From NCBI RefSeq assembly GCF_006345805.1, contig NC_042997.1, positions 148,366,001 to 148,430,000 of the forward strand: DNA of 64,000 nucleotides, read 5' to 3'. This document shows, one piece after another, positions 1 to 12,725 of this stretch. This stretch comes from Octopus sinensis. Taxonomy: Eukaryota. The notes under the pieces were generated by a model. It did no database searches. It was not told the DNA's origin and saw only the letters and a program-made list of their open reading frames with translations. The position numbers and the translations under genes are program-made. Position 1 is the stretch's first letter, and the number at the start of each line of letters is the position of its first letter.

Positions 1-216
1 CTTACATGGTTATTCAATGAGCTACCAATTCCCTTTGTCCTAAGATCCTAATGCCCATCGTTCAAATGCACAAAGAAACATCCACCCCACCATATGTATG
101 TAAGTATATGTGCCTGTATATTTATATATGTGTATGTATTTACATGCATACTTGTATAAATCTCTATCTACATCTATCTATCTATCTATCTCTACCCCTC
201 TCTAGCTCTGTGTGTT

Positions 217-247
<31 letters not shown>

Positions 248-316
248 ATATATTTATATATATACATATGTGTATGGGTGTGGGTTTAGGTATATACATA
301 CATATATAGACATATA

Positions 317-1173
317 TAGATTGGGTGGAAAGTAACTAGGCATTAAAAATTGCTTATAGAATTTTTAGTATCACTGAAGTCATGACGAAAACATTTTTTA
401 AAGAGACAACACTAATGGGGATTTTTTATTTTCTTATTGTCTTATTTCTCATTTCTTATTTTCTAAATGGCCGGTAGCTTGATTTTTCAGGAGCGAGCTA
501 AGATAGGTTGGTTTTGGTTCTGAGATGGTGTCCTTGCATAGAAAGTTAAACATGCAACACTACGTTCGGAAACAATAAAAGTTGTCATGCAAAGCTGATC
601 ACCACGGGCTCTGTGAACGATGCAAGAAGTGGCCCAGCGGACAACGTGGCAATAGTGCAGGAAATGTTTAATCGCAGCCCGCAAAAATCAATACGCCAAG
701 CATCTCGTGTTAGTGGATTAAGAAGACACACGATATGTACGGTGTTGCATAAAGAATTGAACTTTCATCGGTGGAAATTTCATTACGTGCAGGAGCTAAA
801 ACCTGAATACTATGACCGCAGAAGTCCAGAAGTCCAGAACTCAAAGATGTCCAGATCTCACTCCATGTGATCTTTACATGTGGGGTTACACAAAAGAGGA
901 GGTGTGCAAGATAAAACCTCACACACTGGAGGGCTTGGAGACACGGATTCAGGAGTTTGTCAATGATATCCCAGACGACGTCCTGTCGAAGGTTGTTCAT
1001 TCCGTCTCTGGCCGGTTGAGGAAACTGGTTGACTCCACCGGTGCTTACGTTGAAATATGAGGATTTCCTTTCATTGTAATAAAAAACATGTATCATTTCT
1101 TTCAATAAATTTGTAAAAGGAATATGGATTTTAGTAACAATTTGTTGTCCCTACTTACTTTTCACCTACCCTG
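317..1173 (+). mobile_element. Tc1/mariner-superfamily DNA transposon, internally deleted (non-autonomous)
   Basis: Imperfect 24-bp TIRs (317-340 TAGATTGGGTGGAAAGTAACTAGG vs revcomp of 1150-1173 CAGGGTAGGTGAAAAGTAAGTAGG, 18/24) flanked by TA at 315-316 and 1174-1175; contains transposase remnants. Confidence 0.85.
467..1060 (+). pseudogene. Mariner-type transposase remnant: N-terminal HTH region joined to C-terminus, with most of the DDD core missing
   Basis: ORF 613-870 (RSPQKSIRQASRVSGL..TVLHKELNFH.WK..VQEL) is the HTH region. ORF 812-1060 (PDLTPCDLYMWGYTKEEV..KPHTLEGLETRI..RL..LVDSTGAYVEI) matches the conserved SPDLTPCDF.LWG C-terminus. Frameshifted. Confidence 0.85.
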
Positions 1174-3060
1174 TATATATTTATGCGCGAATGCGTGTAG
1201 ACATATTTTGTAGAAGTTAGTTCAAATTGGGGAATTCTTCCTGAGGCTGAAGGATGATTTAAGAACTCCATAACTTAAAAAGTCATAACTAAATACGATA
1301 AGGTATATTTCTACCCATTGTACTGACTTTCTTGAACCGCTGCTTATATGTATATAAGTACCCACAGCATTACATACTTAAACTGCTTAATAAACCTTTA
1401 CAGTTTAACGCTGTTTTTCTACGTAGAAACGTACTCACATGTTCCTACATTTGATATCAACTTAAGAGAACACAATTCGTGTTTTTTCATATGTATTGTT
1501 AAGAATGACATACACTGCACTATGTTCACGTCATAAGCTAGCAACGCGTATGCTTTCGGAAAATGCACCTCATCATAATCAACATCATAATGTAAATATG
1601 GTGTTATTGCTTTGAATCAAATCGAGAGGCTTGCATTGTGTAATGCTTATTGTAAGAGTTGTTTAAAGGGTGCTTTTGGTAAATGCAAGCCGTTTATGTT
1701 ATTTTAATCAATTAATGTTCTTGCGGCTCTCGAAGATCGAAGATATTAAATAAAGTTGGCAGATTTTCTTCCAGTATTCAGAACTGCGTTCGATTGAACC
1801 ACGTACCAAAAAGGCCAGATTTTCTGGAGAACAGAGAACGATTAAGTATTATCTGAGAACTAATATTATTTAATAATGGACGAATAAAAGTAGTTTCTGA
1901 ATATCGTATATAATTTTGAATCATAATAATAATCTTGAAAGTTCTTTGGATTTAAATATTCGAGCAAAACAGAGGTTTTAGTAGGACATTTTAAACAAAT
2001 TGAAATCATTACAAAAAGAGAAAAGAAGAAAAGAAAGAAAAGGAGGACGTGTTCAAATAAAACTAAAGATCAATATATAGTTCTTTGTATCTGAAATTAT
2101 ATTGCAGTGTTTGTTATGCATACATACGTATGTAGGTTGTGTTTGGTTTAGAATTAAACGGAGGAAATGGATAAGAAAGACAGGATGGCCATGCGTGCAG
2201 GAAAGATAACACTGTGCATGTATTTACAGAAACAGAAATGGGGAAAACGTAGCTAAAGATTTCAAATCAAAGATTTTGAAGCAGAGACAAAACTGCAGGC
2301 GAAACTATAAAAGCAATGATTTTAAGCGCACGCGCGCGTACACATCTCACTTTATGTAGGGAAATAAGAAGGGGAATCGCTGGAAATAGCAGTTAAGTTG
2401 GCCTAAACTAACCCACACTTTACTATAACCTTAATTTCCAAAAAAGTTCGATTTTTGATAGCTTTATACCCCACTCCTCTACTTCCAACTTTTTTTCTGC
2501 AGAGTACACCTACATGTCTGTAGCTCCTGTCCCCCTCCCCTGGTATTTTACCTTTAGCAAGAAATTCATATACCCCGACCCTGTACCTGATTGGCTTGCA
2601 TTCTTTTGCTTTTATCCCCTTTTTCTTTTTATATTCCCTTTACTCTTACTTTTGATTATTTATCCTTTCTTCTTCTCTTATCCTTAATTGTTTTATGATC
2701 TCTCCTTACTTACCACTACGCCAAGCTTGCTATAAAAATTTATCACCTACACCCCACTCCAGCCTACCTAACATCTAGCCAAGGAGACTCCTTCTCACAC
2801 CATTCACTGACCTTGGATATCATATTACACCTTTTTCTTAACCTAAACGGCCAACATAGCTGCTCATTCTCCCATTTCACAACTGGGCTCGACAGATTCT
2901 AGACACTTCCTGGCTGTATTCTTGGGATATTTCTTTGCTTTCTAAAAATTATGGTCTTTTATAATGATGTAATGTTCTGATCCATCTATTAAAAGAAAGT
3001 TGTAATAAACTGACAATTATCCATCGTTTGTTATTATTCATTTGATTATATGTATGTATG

Positions 3061-3440
3061 GGAGTGCCTGTGTGGTAAGTAGCTTCCTTATCAACCACAT
3101 GGTTCTCGGTTCAGTCACACTGTGTGACACCTTAGGCTAGTGTTTCTACTAAAGCCTGGGGCTTACCAAAGCCTTGTGAGTGGATTTGGCAGATGGAAAC
3201 TGAACGAAGCCCGTATATATGTATATGTATGTGTGTGTCCTATGTATTTGTGCCCTGCCACGGTCGCTTGACAACCGATGCTGGTGTGTTTACGTCCCCG
3301 TAACCTAGCGGTTCGGAAAAGAGACCAATAAAATAAGTACTAGGTATAGAAAGAATAAGTCCTGAGGTCGATTTGTTCGACTAAAGGCGGTGCTCCAGCA
3401 TGACCGTAGTCAAAGACTGAAATAAATAAAAGAATAAAAG
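3061..3440 (+). mobile_element. tRNA-derived SINE (octopus OK/OR-like family A: GGAGTGGCTGTGTGGTAAG head)
   Basis: Head, central (TA/TG) microsatellite and tail ending GACTGAAA..AAAAGAATAAAAG; aligns with copies at 32494, 47869 and 33214. Confidence 0.85.
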
Positions 3441-3444
3441 AATA

Positions 3445-4520
3445 TGGATCTGTTCAGTTTGGCTCACATATATTTTACAGAATTTTTTTTACTAAACAGT
3501 TTGCAACTTTGTATACTGATGGAATGTCTCACACAGAACACGGTTTACTTTGAAGATTTTGACCAAATATTGTATTTTAGAAGTTACTTCGTGTTAAAGT
3601 CATCATATTTGGGTAATTTCAACCAATCAACGACGTGTATTCGGTTGAAAAAAGCTACTGCTGTGTGCGATAGTAATCGAAGAAGAACAACTTCCGGGTC
3701 ATCTATACTAAATCCCACCACTGTGTTCTATCTTATTTATTGTTTACTGCCTGTGTTGCATATTACACGCATTTTTTGAGGGGTGGGGTTCTCGCGTCGG
3801 AGTAACCAGTAAACATCGAAAAATCAACACTAAGAAGGAAGAAATGTTATTTACACATATTTATTCGTTTGCCCGACTTCCACACATAAAGCGCGCTGGT
3901 GTTTAAGAGACCTATAGAGCTGCGAGTTCGAAGCTAGCTTTTTTGTTGTTGACTTATATACAGTAACTTATTTTACAACTATGAGATGTGTCGTTATTGC
4001 CATGATTTTATCTTACTATAATCAACAACATATAAATTTCGTCAATATAAAAGTATTTATTAGAATAAAACTAATATTATCAAAACACCAAGGCAAAACA
4101 AACCAAATAGCGGATTATACACCAGAAAATACGGTAATTGTAGTGGCAGTGAGAAGTTCGCTCGCTGGTTGCCAGTTGATAGTGTAGAAAGGGGGGAGGG
4201 AGTAAGAATTGCACGGTACTGACTAGAAAGGAAGAAAGGATAAAGGTGACATCGTCTTCTTCACATTCGAAGAGGAGAGGGTGGTGAAATTTAGTAAACA
4301 GCAGTAACTTTCTTCAACTGAATACACGTCGTTGATTGGTCGAAATTACCCAAATACGACAACCATAACACGAAATATCTTCTAAAATACCTAATTTTAT
4401 CAAAAATGTTCAAAGTAAACCGTGTTCTATGTAAAACATTCCACCAGTATACGAAGTTTCAAACTATTTAGTTAAAAAAAGATTGATTAAAAAATCTGTT
4501 AGTCAAACTGAACAGATCTA
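3445..4520. mobile_element. MITE / foldback-type non-autonomous DNA transposon with about 220-bp TIRs
   Basis: 3445-3664 is the imperfect reverse complement of 4298-4520 (ends TGGATCTGTTCAGTTTGGCT / AGTCAAACTGAACAGATCTA); no coding capacity inside; inserted at the tail of the preceding SINE. Confidence 0.85.
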
Positions 4521-5053
4521 AGAATATAACCTCACACTGAAGCACACACATATACACATATATTGGTTTGATTTCATCGCTACATATATTTATATGCTTG
4601 TGTCCCTTTGCATCAGGCTTACAAAATAGGTGGTCGATTCTTTCGACTAAAACTATGCAACGCAGTACCCCAGCATTGCCGTAGACCTATTACTGAAACA
4701 AATATACGGTAACAGATGAAAGGAGTATGTTTCCATATAAGCATATATCATACGATATACGGTTTATCGGGCGTTTATAAGCATGAATGTAAGGTAGAAG
4801 AAAAGTAAACCCAGCAGCCTATTGACTCATGTTGGGAATTGAGTCTCCAATCTATTTCTTTCCGAGCGATCGCAATATCCATTATACGACACAGCATCAG
4901 TGTAGCCACTTAACACCCCATACAGAGGGTAATAATTTGCAACTGTCTTTCAGTCTTAGGTTATAATGAAAGATCTTATAAAATCTATATATAAATTTTA
5001 AGAGTTAATTTATAATTTATCATTTTTTCTTATTCTTTTGTTTTTAATTATAG

Positions 5054-5109
5054 TCGTCGACATGGAACAACAAATGTAATGCTTCTTTGATGTAAGAATA
5101 TCCCAAGAG
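5054..5109 (+). other. Candidate non-coding exon (56 nt)
   Basis: T-rich tract plus TAG acceptor before 5054 and a strong GAG|GTAAGT donor at 5110; stop codons in all three frames. Confidence 0.25.
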
Positions 5110-6111
5110 GTAAGTCAGTTTAAAGCAGACGTTAATTCATTAAATGTTTTGCTTTCTATTTAGTGAACTGCCAGATATAATATCTTTTAGAATATTAATA
5201 GAAGCCACAAGCAGCAGCATGCAACAGAAGGTAGCAGCTGCAGAATCTACTGGAGATTCAACAATGTCTATTGTTATTATAGTTAAATAATCACATTTTC
5301 TCCCCTAGGAAATACATAAAAAAAGAGCATTTGTACCATTATATTAGATCAATATGAATAGCGAAGTGAATAAATAATTAAAATAATTTTTATTAAAGTC
5401 TAAACATACATCCAGAATACATGCAGAACATAGTGACAAAACGTGCTTCGACATAACTACGTGTAAGACAATATTAAGATCATAAGATAGCTACTAGTTT
5501 CCAGATAAATGTATAGTTGTGTCGTTTTAAACGCCTCATTTTCTGCCATATGGTTGAATGGGTACATAAATCAAAGCATTTTAGATATCCTTTTATTACA
5601 TTCACTTGAATTACTCTCATTATGCAAGACGTTTATTATTATGAGGAATATTAAGCCATTAGTGTATCATATGAGATAGTGATTGTATGTTAGAGTGTAT
5701 GTGCATTCTTTTAGCGGTAAAATAGATGGGTGAGTATGGAGAAATTTTACATTTTTAAAAATTTTAATGCAAACAGATTTATGTAGGACATTTTGTTTAA
5801 TCATTGTTCCTCGAACAATTTGTCTACTGAAGGAATTTTTATATAAATTAGATATATTCTCAGCATAATCTTTTTTTGTTTTCATTAATATTGATGTGAC
5901 ACCATTTAAATAATCATACGGTACATCCAATTTGTTTTAAGGTATAAGGGTGACTGCAATTCTTTGGAATTACTTAACACTATAAGGCTAAACCTGATGT
6001 TTTCGAAATGAAAGAACTGAACGATCGCCTCGAAACAAATTAATATCTTATGAATATAATGTAGCATAAAACAGTGTTACATGCAAAGTATGGCAATAGC
6101 AAGTATATATA

Positions 6112-6484
6112 TATATTATATTAAATTAGAGACAAAACCACTATTAGGCAAATCAAACAATGAAAAACTTAAGCCAATACATATGATTAATTAATATTAT
6201 TTAAATATATAACAAAATTATTAAAAAAATATAATTAATATCACGCTACGATCGTTTCATGCCTGCTAACATCTTCAAATATTTAAACCACCTGATGAAT
6301 GACTGCGACTCAAAAATTTGAAGATGTTAGCAGGCATGAAACGATCGTAGAGTGATATTAATTATATTTTTTTAATAATTTTGTTATATATTTAAATAAT
6401 ATTAATTAATCATATGTATTGGCTTAAGTTTTTCATTGTTTGATTTGCCTAATAGTGGTTTTGTCTCTAATTTAATATAATATA
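6112..6484. repeat. Near-perfect palindrome: 169-bp arms (6112-6280 / 6316-6484) with a 35-nt spacer; probable inverted terminal repeat of a Penelope-like element
   Basis: Arms are reverse complements with one visible mismatch (TCACGCTACG vs TCACTCTACG); HHR-like motif near the apex. Confidence 0.9.
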
Positions 6485-7049
6485 ATATTTTACTATAAAA
6501 TTGGATTCAATCCTAAATCTGATTTTTCCCTGTAAGTTTGGATTTATTCCCTAATATTTATTATATATATATATATCCTAACACTAAAATTTTAATTATG
6601 GTCATGGAGTTACCAAAGGTTTCGTATTCACGACAGCCAAACCCTTGTAGACAACTTGTCAGACTCTATACAAAGACAAAAAATTAAAAGTTTGTACCAA
6701 GAGGAAATGAAGAAGTGATCAGATATGGAAATGTTAGAATTAACGTATAAAAACGTTAATGGATCAGAGGACAAAACAACCCTTACACATCCGAAAAAGC
6801 CCAACTAGCAAACGGGGAAATCCAATTTTCCAGTAGGTAGTGCTTGAAGTGAACACATTTAGAGAAAACTTGATCTTTGAAGCTTTTGCCACACATGGCA
6901 GTCGTTTTATTTGAGCATTCTCTAAATATCAGTAAGTATTTTCCATGTAGTCCAATTTTGTTGCTACAGTTAACAACTTGCATTTGTGTTAGCCAAATTA
7001 TTTTGTCATTTGATTTGAAATTGTTTCTTTCCACATCTTACATATCTCT

Positions 7050-8690
7050 CATCGAATAATGTCGTCATCAGGTGATTTAGGCATCTAGAATTTTGGAATT
7101 ATTAGTTGTATAAAACAGTTCATTGGGATGGTACTTTTCGTGATTTTCAGGACTGCGGCGGATTCCATCAATCATTGGTTAAATGCTGTTTATTTCGTAT
7201 ACGTAATTCAATATATATATTTTCCAGTCTCTATTACTGGATATGTTGATCAAGAGAACTCTGTCGGCATTCATATGGAAGGTCTTTTCGAGTCGAGATC
7301 GTGTTTGATTCTTTTACAAAAATGTTAATGTGATAAAGAATTTATGGCAAGCCGTCTGTCACATCGAAGTCTGAAATCCATAGAGATTGACATTTAGAGC
7401 ATGGCTAGTTAAAGGGGCCAGTTAAAGTTTCAATGTTATACGAGATAATTAAATGATATTGGAGATTAGTGAAATTGGATGCCGGTTTAGTTCAAATGAT
7501 TTATTTAAATTTTGTATATTGTGATGACTGACCGCCGTAGTAAACTTTCTGGAATGAAAACGGTGTCTAGTGATTCAATCCAGCGATTAGTTAGAAGAGA
7601 TGGAAGTTGATGCCGTGCCAGTAAATGTTCAAGTCAAAAATAGGAAACACGTCAGGATCTATTGCAGAGTTACGCGTAACTGCTTAAAGCTCACTTTTAC
7701 GAAAATTATATAATGGTTGGTATGTTGGGGATTGTCCACTTTGGTTCTGACGATGTCAACATTATTAGTCTCATTGAAGACAAAGTAACAGTTTTCAAGT
7801 AGAATAGACTCAATGTCAAATACATTACTTGTGCGGAATATCACTCACTTCCGGCACTGCATCATTGTTTGTTGGTAAATAAGGGGTGTAATTGTGATAT
7901 GATTATTTATTTCGGTAGCCCAGTCTTTTTCTAAGATACGTTGCTGATACGTTTCTTGTTGCTCTGTAAATAATATTTTGCTTCGAGTGTCTTTATGGCT
8001 GTTGATTGTAAGTGTTTCTGAAATATCGTAAATGATTAATATTAGATTAGTTATTCCTTTTGCCTAATTGGATTTTTCACTGTTTTTCCGAGACAGATAA
8101 TTTGCTACGTTTGTTACTTGAAAATCTGTTATCCACTGTATTCTGCAACTTATGCTTAGTCACTGGGCATCTGAAGATGTATACAAAAGACCAGTCAACA
8201 GATGATTTATCATACTGAGATACTGCCCAGTTAATTTTCTACGGAAAATGCTGTCCAATGTGTGTGCTTAGGAGACTGTTTGTTTTGGTTTTGGGAAACT
8301 GTAAACTAAAATTACGGAGCTGAGGTGTGATGTATTGTGGAAGAATGCTTCGTTAATAATAGATTTAAAAATATATTTGTTTGACTCAAGCATGAATTCC
8401 AGACAAGGAATATCATCCATAGAAATAAACTGCATTAATAATGATACTTTCTCTGGCTGATGTAGAATTATATGGTTCCATATTAGGTGTGGGCTAAATC
8501 ACATAAGGAAATTTGTACAAGTGGCCCAATATCCATATTTTACTTTTGCGGGGGTATTCAGTTTTCATAATATTTTATTTTGTGTATTGAGACTATAGTC
8601 AGCAGTAATATTCAAGGTGCTACCAGAGAAATATTGACGATAAAAGGATGATTATACATGAATATCAGGACTGGAAATTTTTAAGGGCCT
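7050..8690 (-). mobile_element. Highly decayed Penelope-like retroelement (RT C-terminus / GIY-YIG remnants)
   Basis: Minus-strand remnants QFISMDDIPCLEFMLESNK (about 8432-8375) and TSNVFDIESILLENC (ORF 7659-7844) resemble PLE RT and GIY-YIG segments; CACCTGATGA core-like motif at about 7085-7070; many stops. Confidence 0.45.
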
Positions 8691-8772
8691 TTGAACTCAC
8701 TCTCGAATCACATTAACCTTATTGCTGATTTTCATCCAGCATCGGTCTATATCTAAAGTTATATAAAAGCAA

Positions 8773-8980
8773 GGCGGTGAGCTGTCAGAAACGTTAGCCG
8801 TATTTCGTCTGCCGTTACGTTCTGAGTTCAAATTCTGCCGAGGTCGTCTTTGCCTTTCATCCTTTCGGGGTCGATAAATGAAGTACCAGTTTCGCACTGG
8901 GGTCGATGTAATCGACTTAATCTCTTTGTCTGTCCTTGTTTGTCCCCTCTATGTTTAGCCCCTTGTGGGCAATAAAGAAA
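8773..8980 (+). mobile_element. tRNA-derived SINE (family B: GGCGGCGAGCTGGCAGAAACG head)
   Basis: GAGTTCAAATTC B-box-like motif, body TTTCATCCTTTCGGGGTCGATAA, tail CCCCTTGTGGGCAATAAAGAAA; same family as 58462-58692. Confidence 0.85.
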
Positions 8981-10694
8981 TATATATTTACAGTTATATA
9001 AAAGTGTTTCGACAATTTTGAAGTCACAACAATATTACGGAAGATAATATGGCTCTAGAGTCGATGAACTGGAATTTTCCCATGTTTTAGCAGGTTGTCG
9101 CTTTTTTAGCACCTATCAAATCACAGAATATAGAACCAGTTTCTATTCAGCCATACACAGCTTTGGAGACATTCTGGGGTTTGAGATCTTCAGTAAATAT
9201 TTGCATTTTTCCTATATTAAATTATATATGCTATGTCAATTATGTAAATAATGAACATCAGAGCAAATCATGAGAAAATTCTGTCGATGAGAACATGCTA
9301 ATTTCATTAGGCTCTATTGCGCAGTGCATCAATCCTGACGCTCCTCTTACAAAGAAATCCCTCTACATTACACATGAAATTGTAACACATGCTACAAGAT
9401 GTTACCAAACACAGCTTAAAATATTGATTTCAACACAGAATACTTTCCTTACTTCCCTATAAACGAACGCTCCCTCACTGTCAATGTTTGTATTTCGTTA
9501 AATCGGTAATTGAAAGACAATTCACTCATAAATTTATCACACCAAAATTCTGTTCAGGAAATGGAAATACATTTAATAAGATTCTTCTCTAAAGATATTG
9601 GCATTTTAAACACATTAGTAATTTAAGTAATGATAACATTACACTTTAACGTACACATGGGAATATTTGTCATTTATGTTATTAACGATTTTAAATAGCC
9701 AAGCAACGCTCTGCTAAAATTAACTAAATTAATCATAATATTATTAGGCTATTGTGATAGACATTGAAACTAAATTTAATTTTAAGGAGAATTGATGTAT
9801 AAACCTACTCCCATGTTAATCACATATCGAATTTAACACTTCAACAATATTTCCGAATAACGCTACGGTCGAAAAAAAAATACTAAGCTAGAACAAGTTT
9901 TCGGAAACATATTTTCATCATATGCAAAATGATAGCACGCATTTTTTGAGACCGCTTTATACAATCATATATATACATACATAATACATACATACACACA
10001 CTCATACACACACACCTACGCACAGAGACACACACATACACGTATATATACATATACATACAATGATACGCATCCTTGCATTTGTATATGTATACATACG
10101 TGCATATATACATATATACATACGTAATTACACACACTTACACACACATATACACACAGACATACACACACACACATACACACAGACATACACACACATA
10201 CATTTATTTATATGCTAGCATGGAAAGCGGACGTTAAGCGAGGATGATGATATATATATATATACTCATACATATTTGTGTGGCTGTATATATATATGTA
10301 AATATATGTAAATGTAAGTATATATATATATTCATGCATACAATGACACGTACCTATGCATTTGTATATGTATACATATATGCATACATACATTCATGCA
10401 TGCATACATACATACATACATACTGCACGCATACACGCATGCATACACCCATTCATCTATCCATCCATAAATACGTACAAACGTCCATCCATCCATCTAT
10501 GCCTGCATACATACATACATACATACATACATACCTACATATCTATTTACTTTATCTTTTAAGCGATTCATCCTTGCAGCTGCGGTCATACTGGTGCCTT
10601 TCTAGAGACCTATTCTATGGTTGACCTCTTCTGAATGGGGAGATTTTATATCACCGCTGCTATTTGTTGGTTTTGCAGGTTGCTGGCTAATTTA

Positions 10695-10910
10695 GTGTAT
10701 AAATGAGCTTGACACTTACTGCCCTCGTCTGTACTTCCTACCATGACGTTGGCTTGTCTGGTATTCTGTATAAAAGAATATGAAATCCCTTGATGCATAT
10801 TAAATCACTTTTCCAAAACATCAACGTCAACTTCGTGCAGGTTTTTTAGTTCTTTTGGCAGAACATTGAATAGTTAAAGACCTTTGAACCCTAAACTAGT
10901 GCAGTATCCA
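10695..10910 (-). mobile_element. CR1-like LINE 3' fragment
   Basis: Minus translation YCTSLGFKG.LFNVLPKELKNLHEVDVDV...RIPDKP is homologous to ORF 52620-52958 (YCNSLGFKGPHHFNILPKHFRALHGAEVDVFKKQLD..IPDEP). Confidence 0.8.
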
Positions 10911-11347
10911 CCGCCCAGTCTTCATTTTAAATGTGATCTACGGTACATTCGGTATTAGGTACTACGTAGTGGCGTGTGTAGGTATCTATAAATATGTGTT
11001 TGTATGTATGTAAATATGTATGCATCCATGTACGTATTTATGCATGTATGTATGTATGTGTGTATGTATACATGTATTTATGTATGTATCTACGTATGCA
11101 TGCATGCATGCATGAATGTATGTAGAAGGGCGGATTTATACGTTATTAGTTTTAAGGGTAACGCGAAAAGCCTGGTTAGCAGCCCAACATTCCGATTTCT
11201 TTTACTGCACTTAGAACACTTGAAGGACCCCTGCAATAAGTGTATGAATCTGAGCGAGGAATATACTGAATATAATCATAATTTACTGATACATGCTGTA
11301 TTTTCTGTTACGAAAAGCGACGAACCTTTCTGCACCACCTCCTATAT

Positions 11348-11378
11348 ATGTATGTATGTATGTATGTATATATGTATG

Positions 11379-11412
<34 letters not shown>

Positions 11413-11474
11413 TGTATGTATGTATGTATGTATGTATGTATGTATGTATGTATGTATGTATGTATGCATGTATG

Positions 11475-11562
<88 letters not shown>

Positions 11563-11572
11563 ACTATCTATC
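11348..11572. repeat. Compound microsatellite (TATG)n followed by (TATC)n
   Basis: Directly visible; explains the MYVC/YLSI ORFs. Confidence 0.95.
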
Positions 11573-11597
11573 TACCAATCTTAAATTTTTTTTTTAT

Positions 11598-11810
11598 CTT
11601 TTACTTGTTTCAGTTATTATACAGCGGATTTGCCGGGCACCACTTTGAAGGATTTTAGTCGAAAGCATAGCCCCCACTAATTTTATTTTAATCCTGGTAA
11701 ATGTTCTATCGTCCATCATGACGAATCGCTTGGTTACGGGGAAGTAAACACATCAACATTTATTGTCAAACGACGGTGGGGTATAAACACACACACGAAG
11801 ATACACACGC
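11598..11810 (-). mobile_element. Family A SINE, 3' half, decayed
   Basis: CTTTTACTTGTTTCAGT..GGTTACGGGGAAGTAAACAC..TTGTCAAACGACGGTGGGG matches the reverse of the family A tail. Confidence 0.7.
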
Positions 11811-12059
11811 ACGTAAGTACAAACGCACGCATATGTATGTATGCATGTATGTATGTATGTATGTATGTATGTATGTGTGTATGTATGTATGTATGTATGT
11901 ACGTACGTATGTATGTATGTATATATGTATGTATGTATGCATGTATGTTTATATATTATATATATAGAAAGAGACAAATGAATATATATATATATATATA
12001 TATAAGTCAAATAAGCAAAGTGATTCAAGTAAATGAATGAAATAAGCCAATAAATACGT

Positions 12060-12130
<71 letters not shown>

Positions 12131-12394
12131 CATAAATGAATGAATGAAATAGATGAGTGTACAGATAATAAACTTTTACAGCCGTTTCTAATATGAGGCA
12201 TCGAAATCAGCCAAGTTATGCTCGTCACGTCAGTGATACACAGGGATGAACAAACATTGGACAGGTATTGGGCAATGGTTGAGCCGCAAGGTTTCTTCAG
12301 AGAGTCCAAATGTTAGGTAACTAACATGTGGGAAAGTAAGTTAAAATAATAGTGTAGTGTAAAATAAAATTAAAATAATGTTGTAGACATAGTA

Positions 12395-12725
12395 AGGAAT
12401 GGTAGTAGGAGCACTCAGTCGGTTACGACGATGAGGGTCTCAGCTGATACGATCAACGGAGCAGCTTGCTCGTGGAATTAACGTGCAAGTGGCTGAGAAC
12501 TCCACAGACACATGTACCCTTAACGTAGTTCTCGAGGAGATTCAGCGTGACACAGAGAGTGACAAGGCTGGCCCTTTGAAATACAGGTACAACAGAAACA
12601 GAAAGAAAGAGTGAGAGAAAGTTGTGGTGAAAGAGTACAGCAGGGTTCACCATCACCCCTTGCAGGAGCCTTGTGAAGCTTTAGGTGTTTTCGCTCAATA
12701 AACACTCACAATATTGCGCCTCCAC
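12395..12725 (-). mobile_element. tRNA-derived SINE (family C) with most of its tRNA head deleted
   Basis: Body GGAGCACTCAGTCGGTTACGACGA..CCCTTAACGTAGTTCTC..GGTGTTTTCGCTCAATAAACACTCACAA is joined directly to the terminal ATTGCGCCTCCAC; the A/B-box interval is absent. Confidence 0.7.

Noticed and set aside
2400-2960. Pyrimidine-rich + strand blocks here and at about 13030-13800 that look like old retroelement debris
   Set aside because: I could not recover a diagnostic motif in any frame, so they are left unclassified.
9085-9200. Minus-strand DLKPQN...IFCDLIGAK resembling a kinase catalytic loop and DFG region
   Set aside because: In-frame stop between the motifs, no HRD or DFG match and no other kinase subdomains nearby; probably chance.
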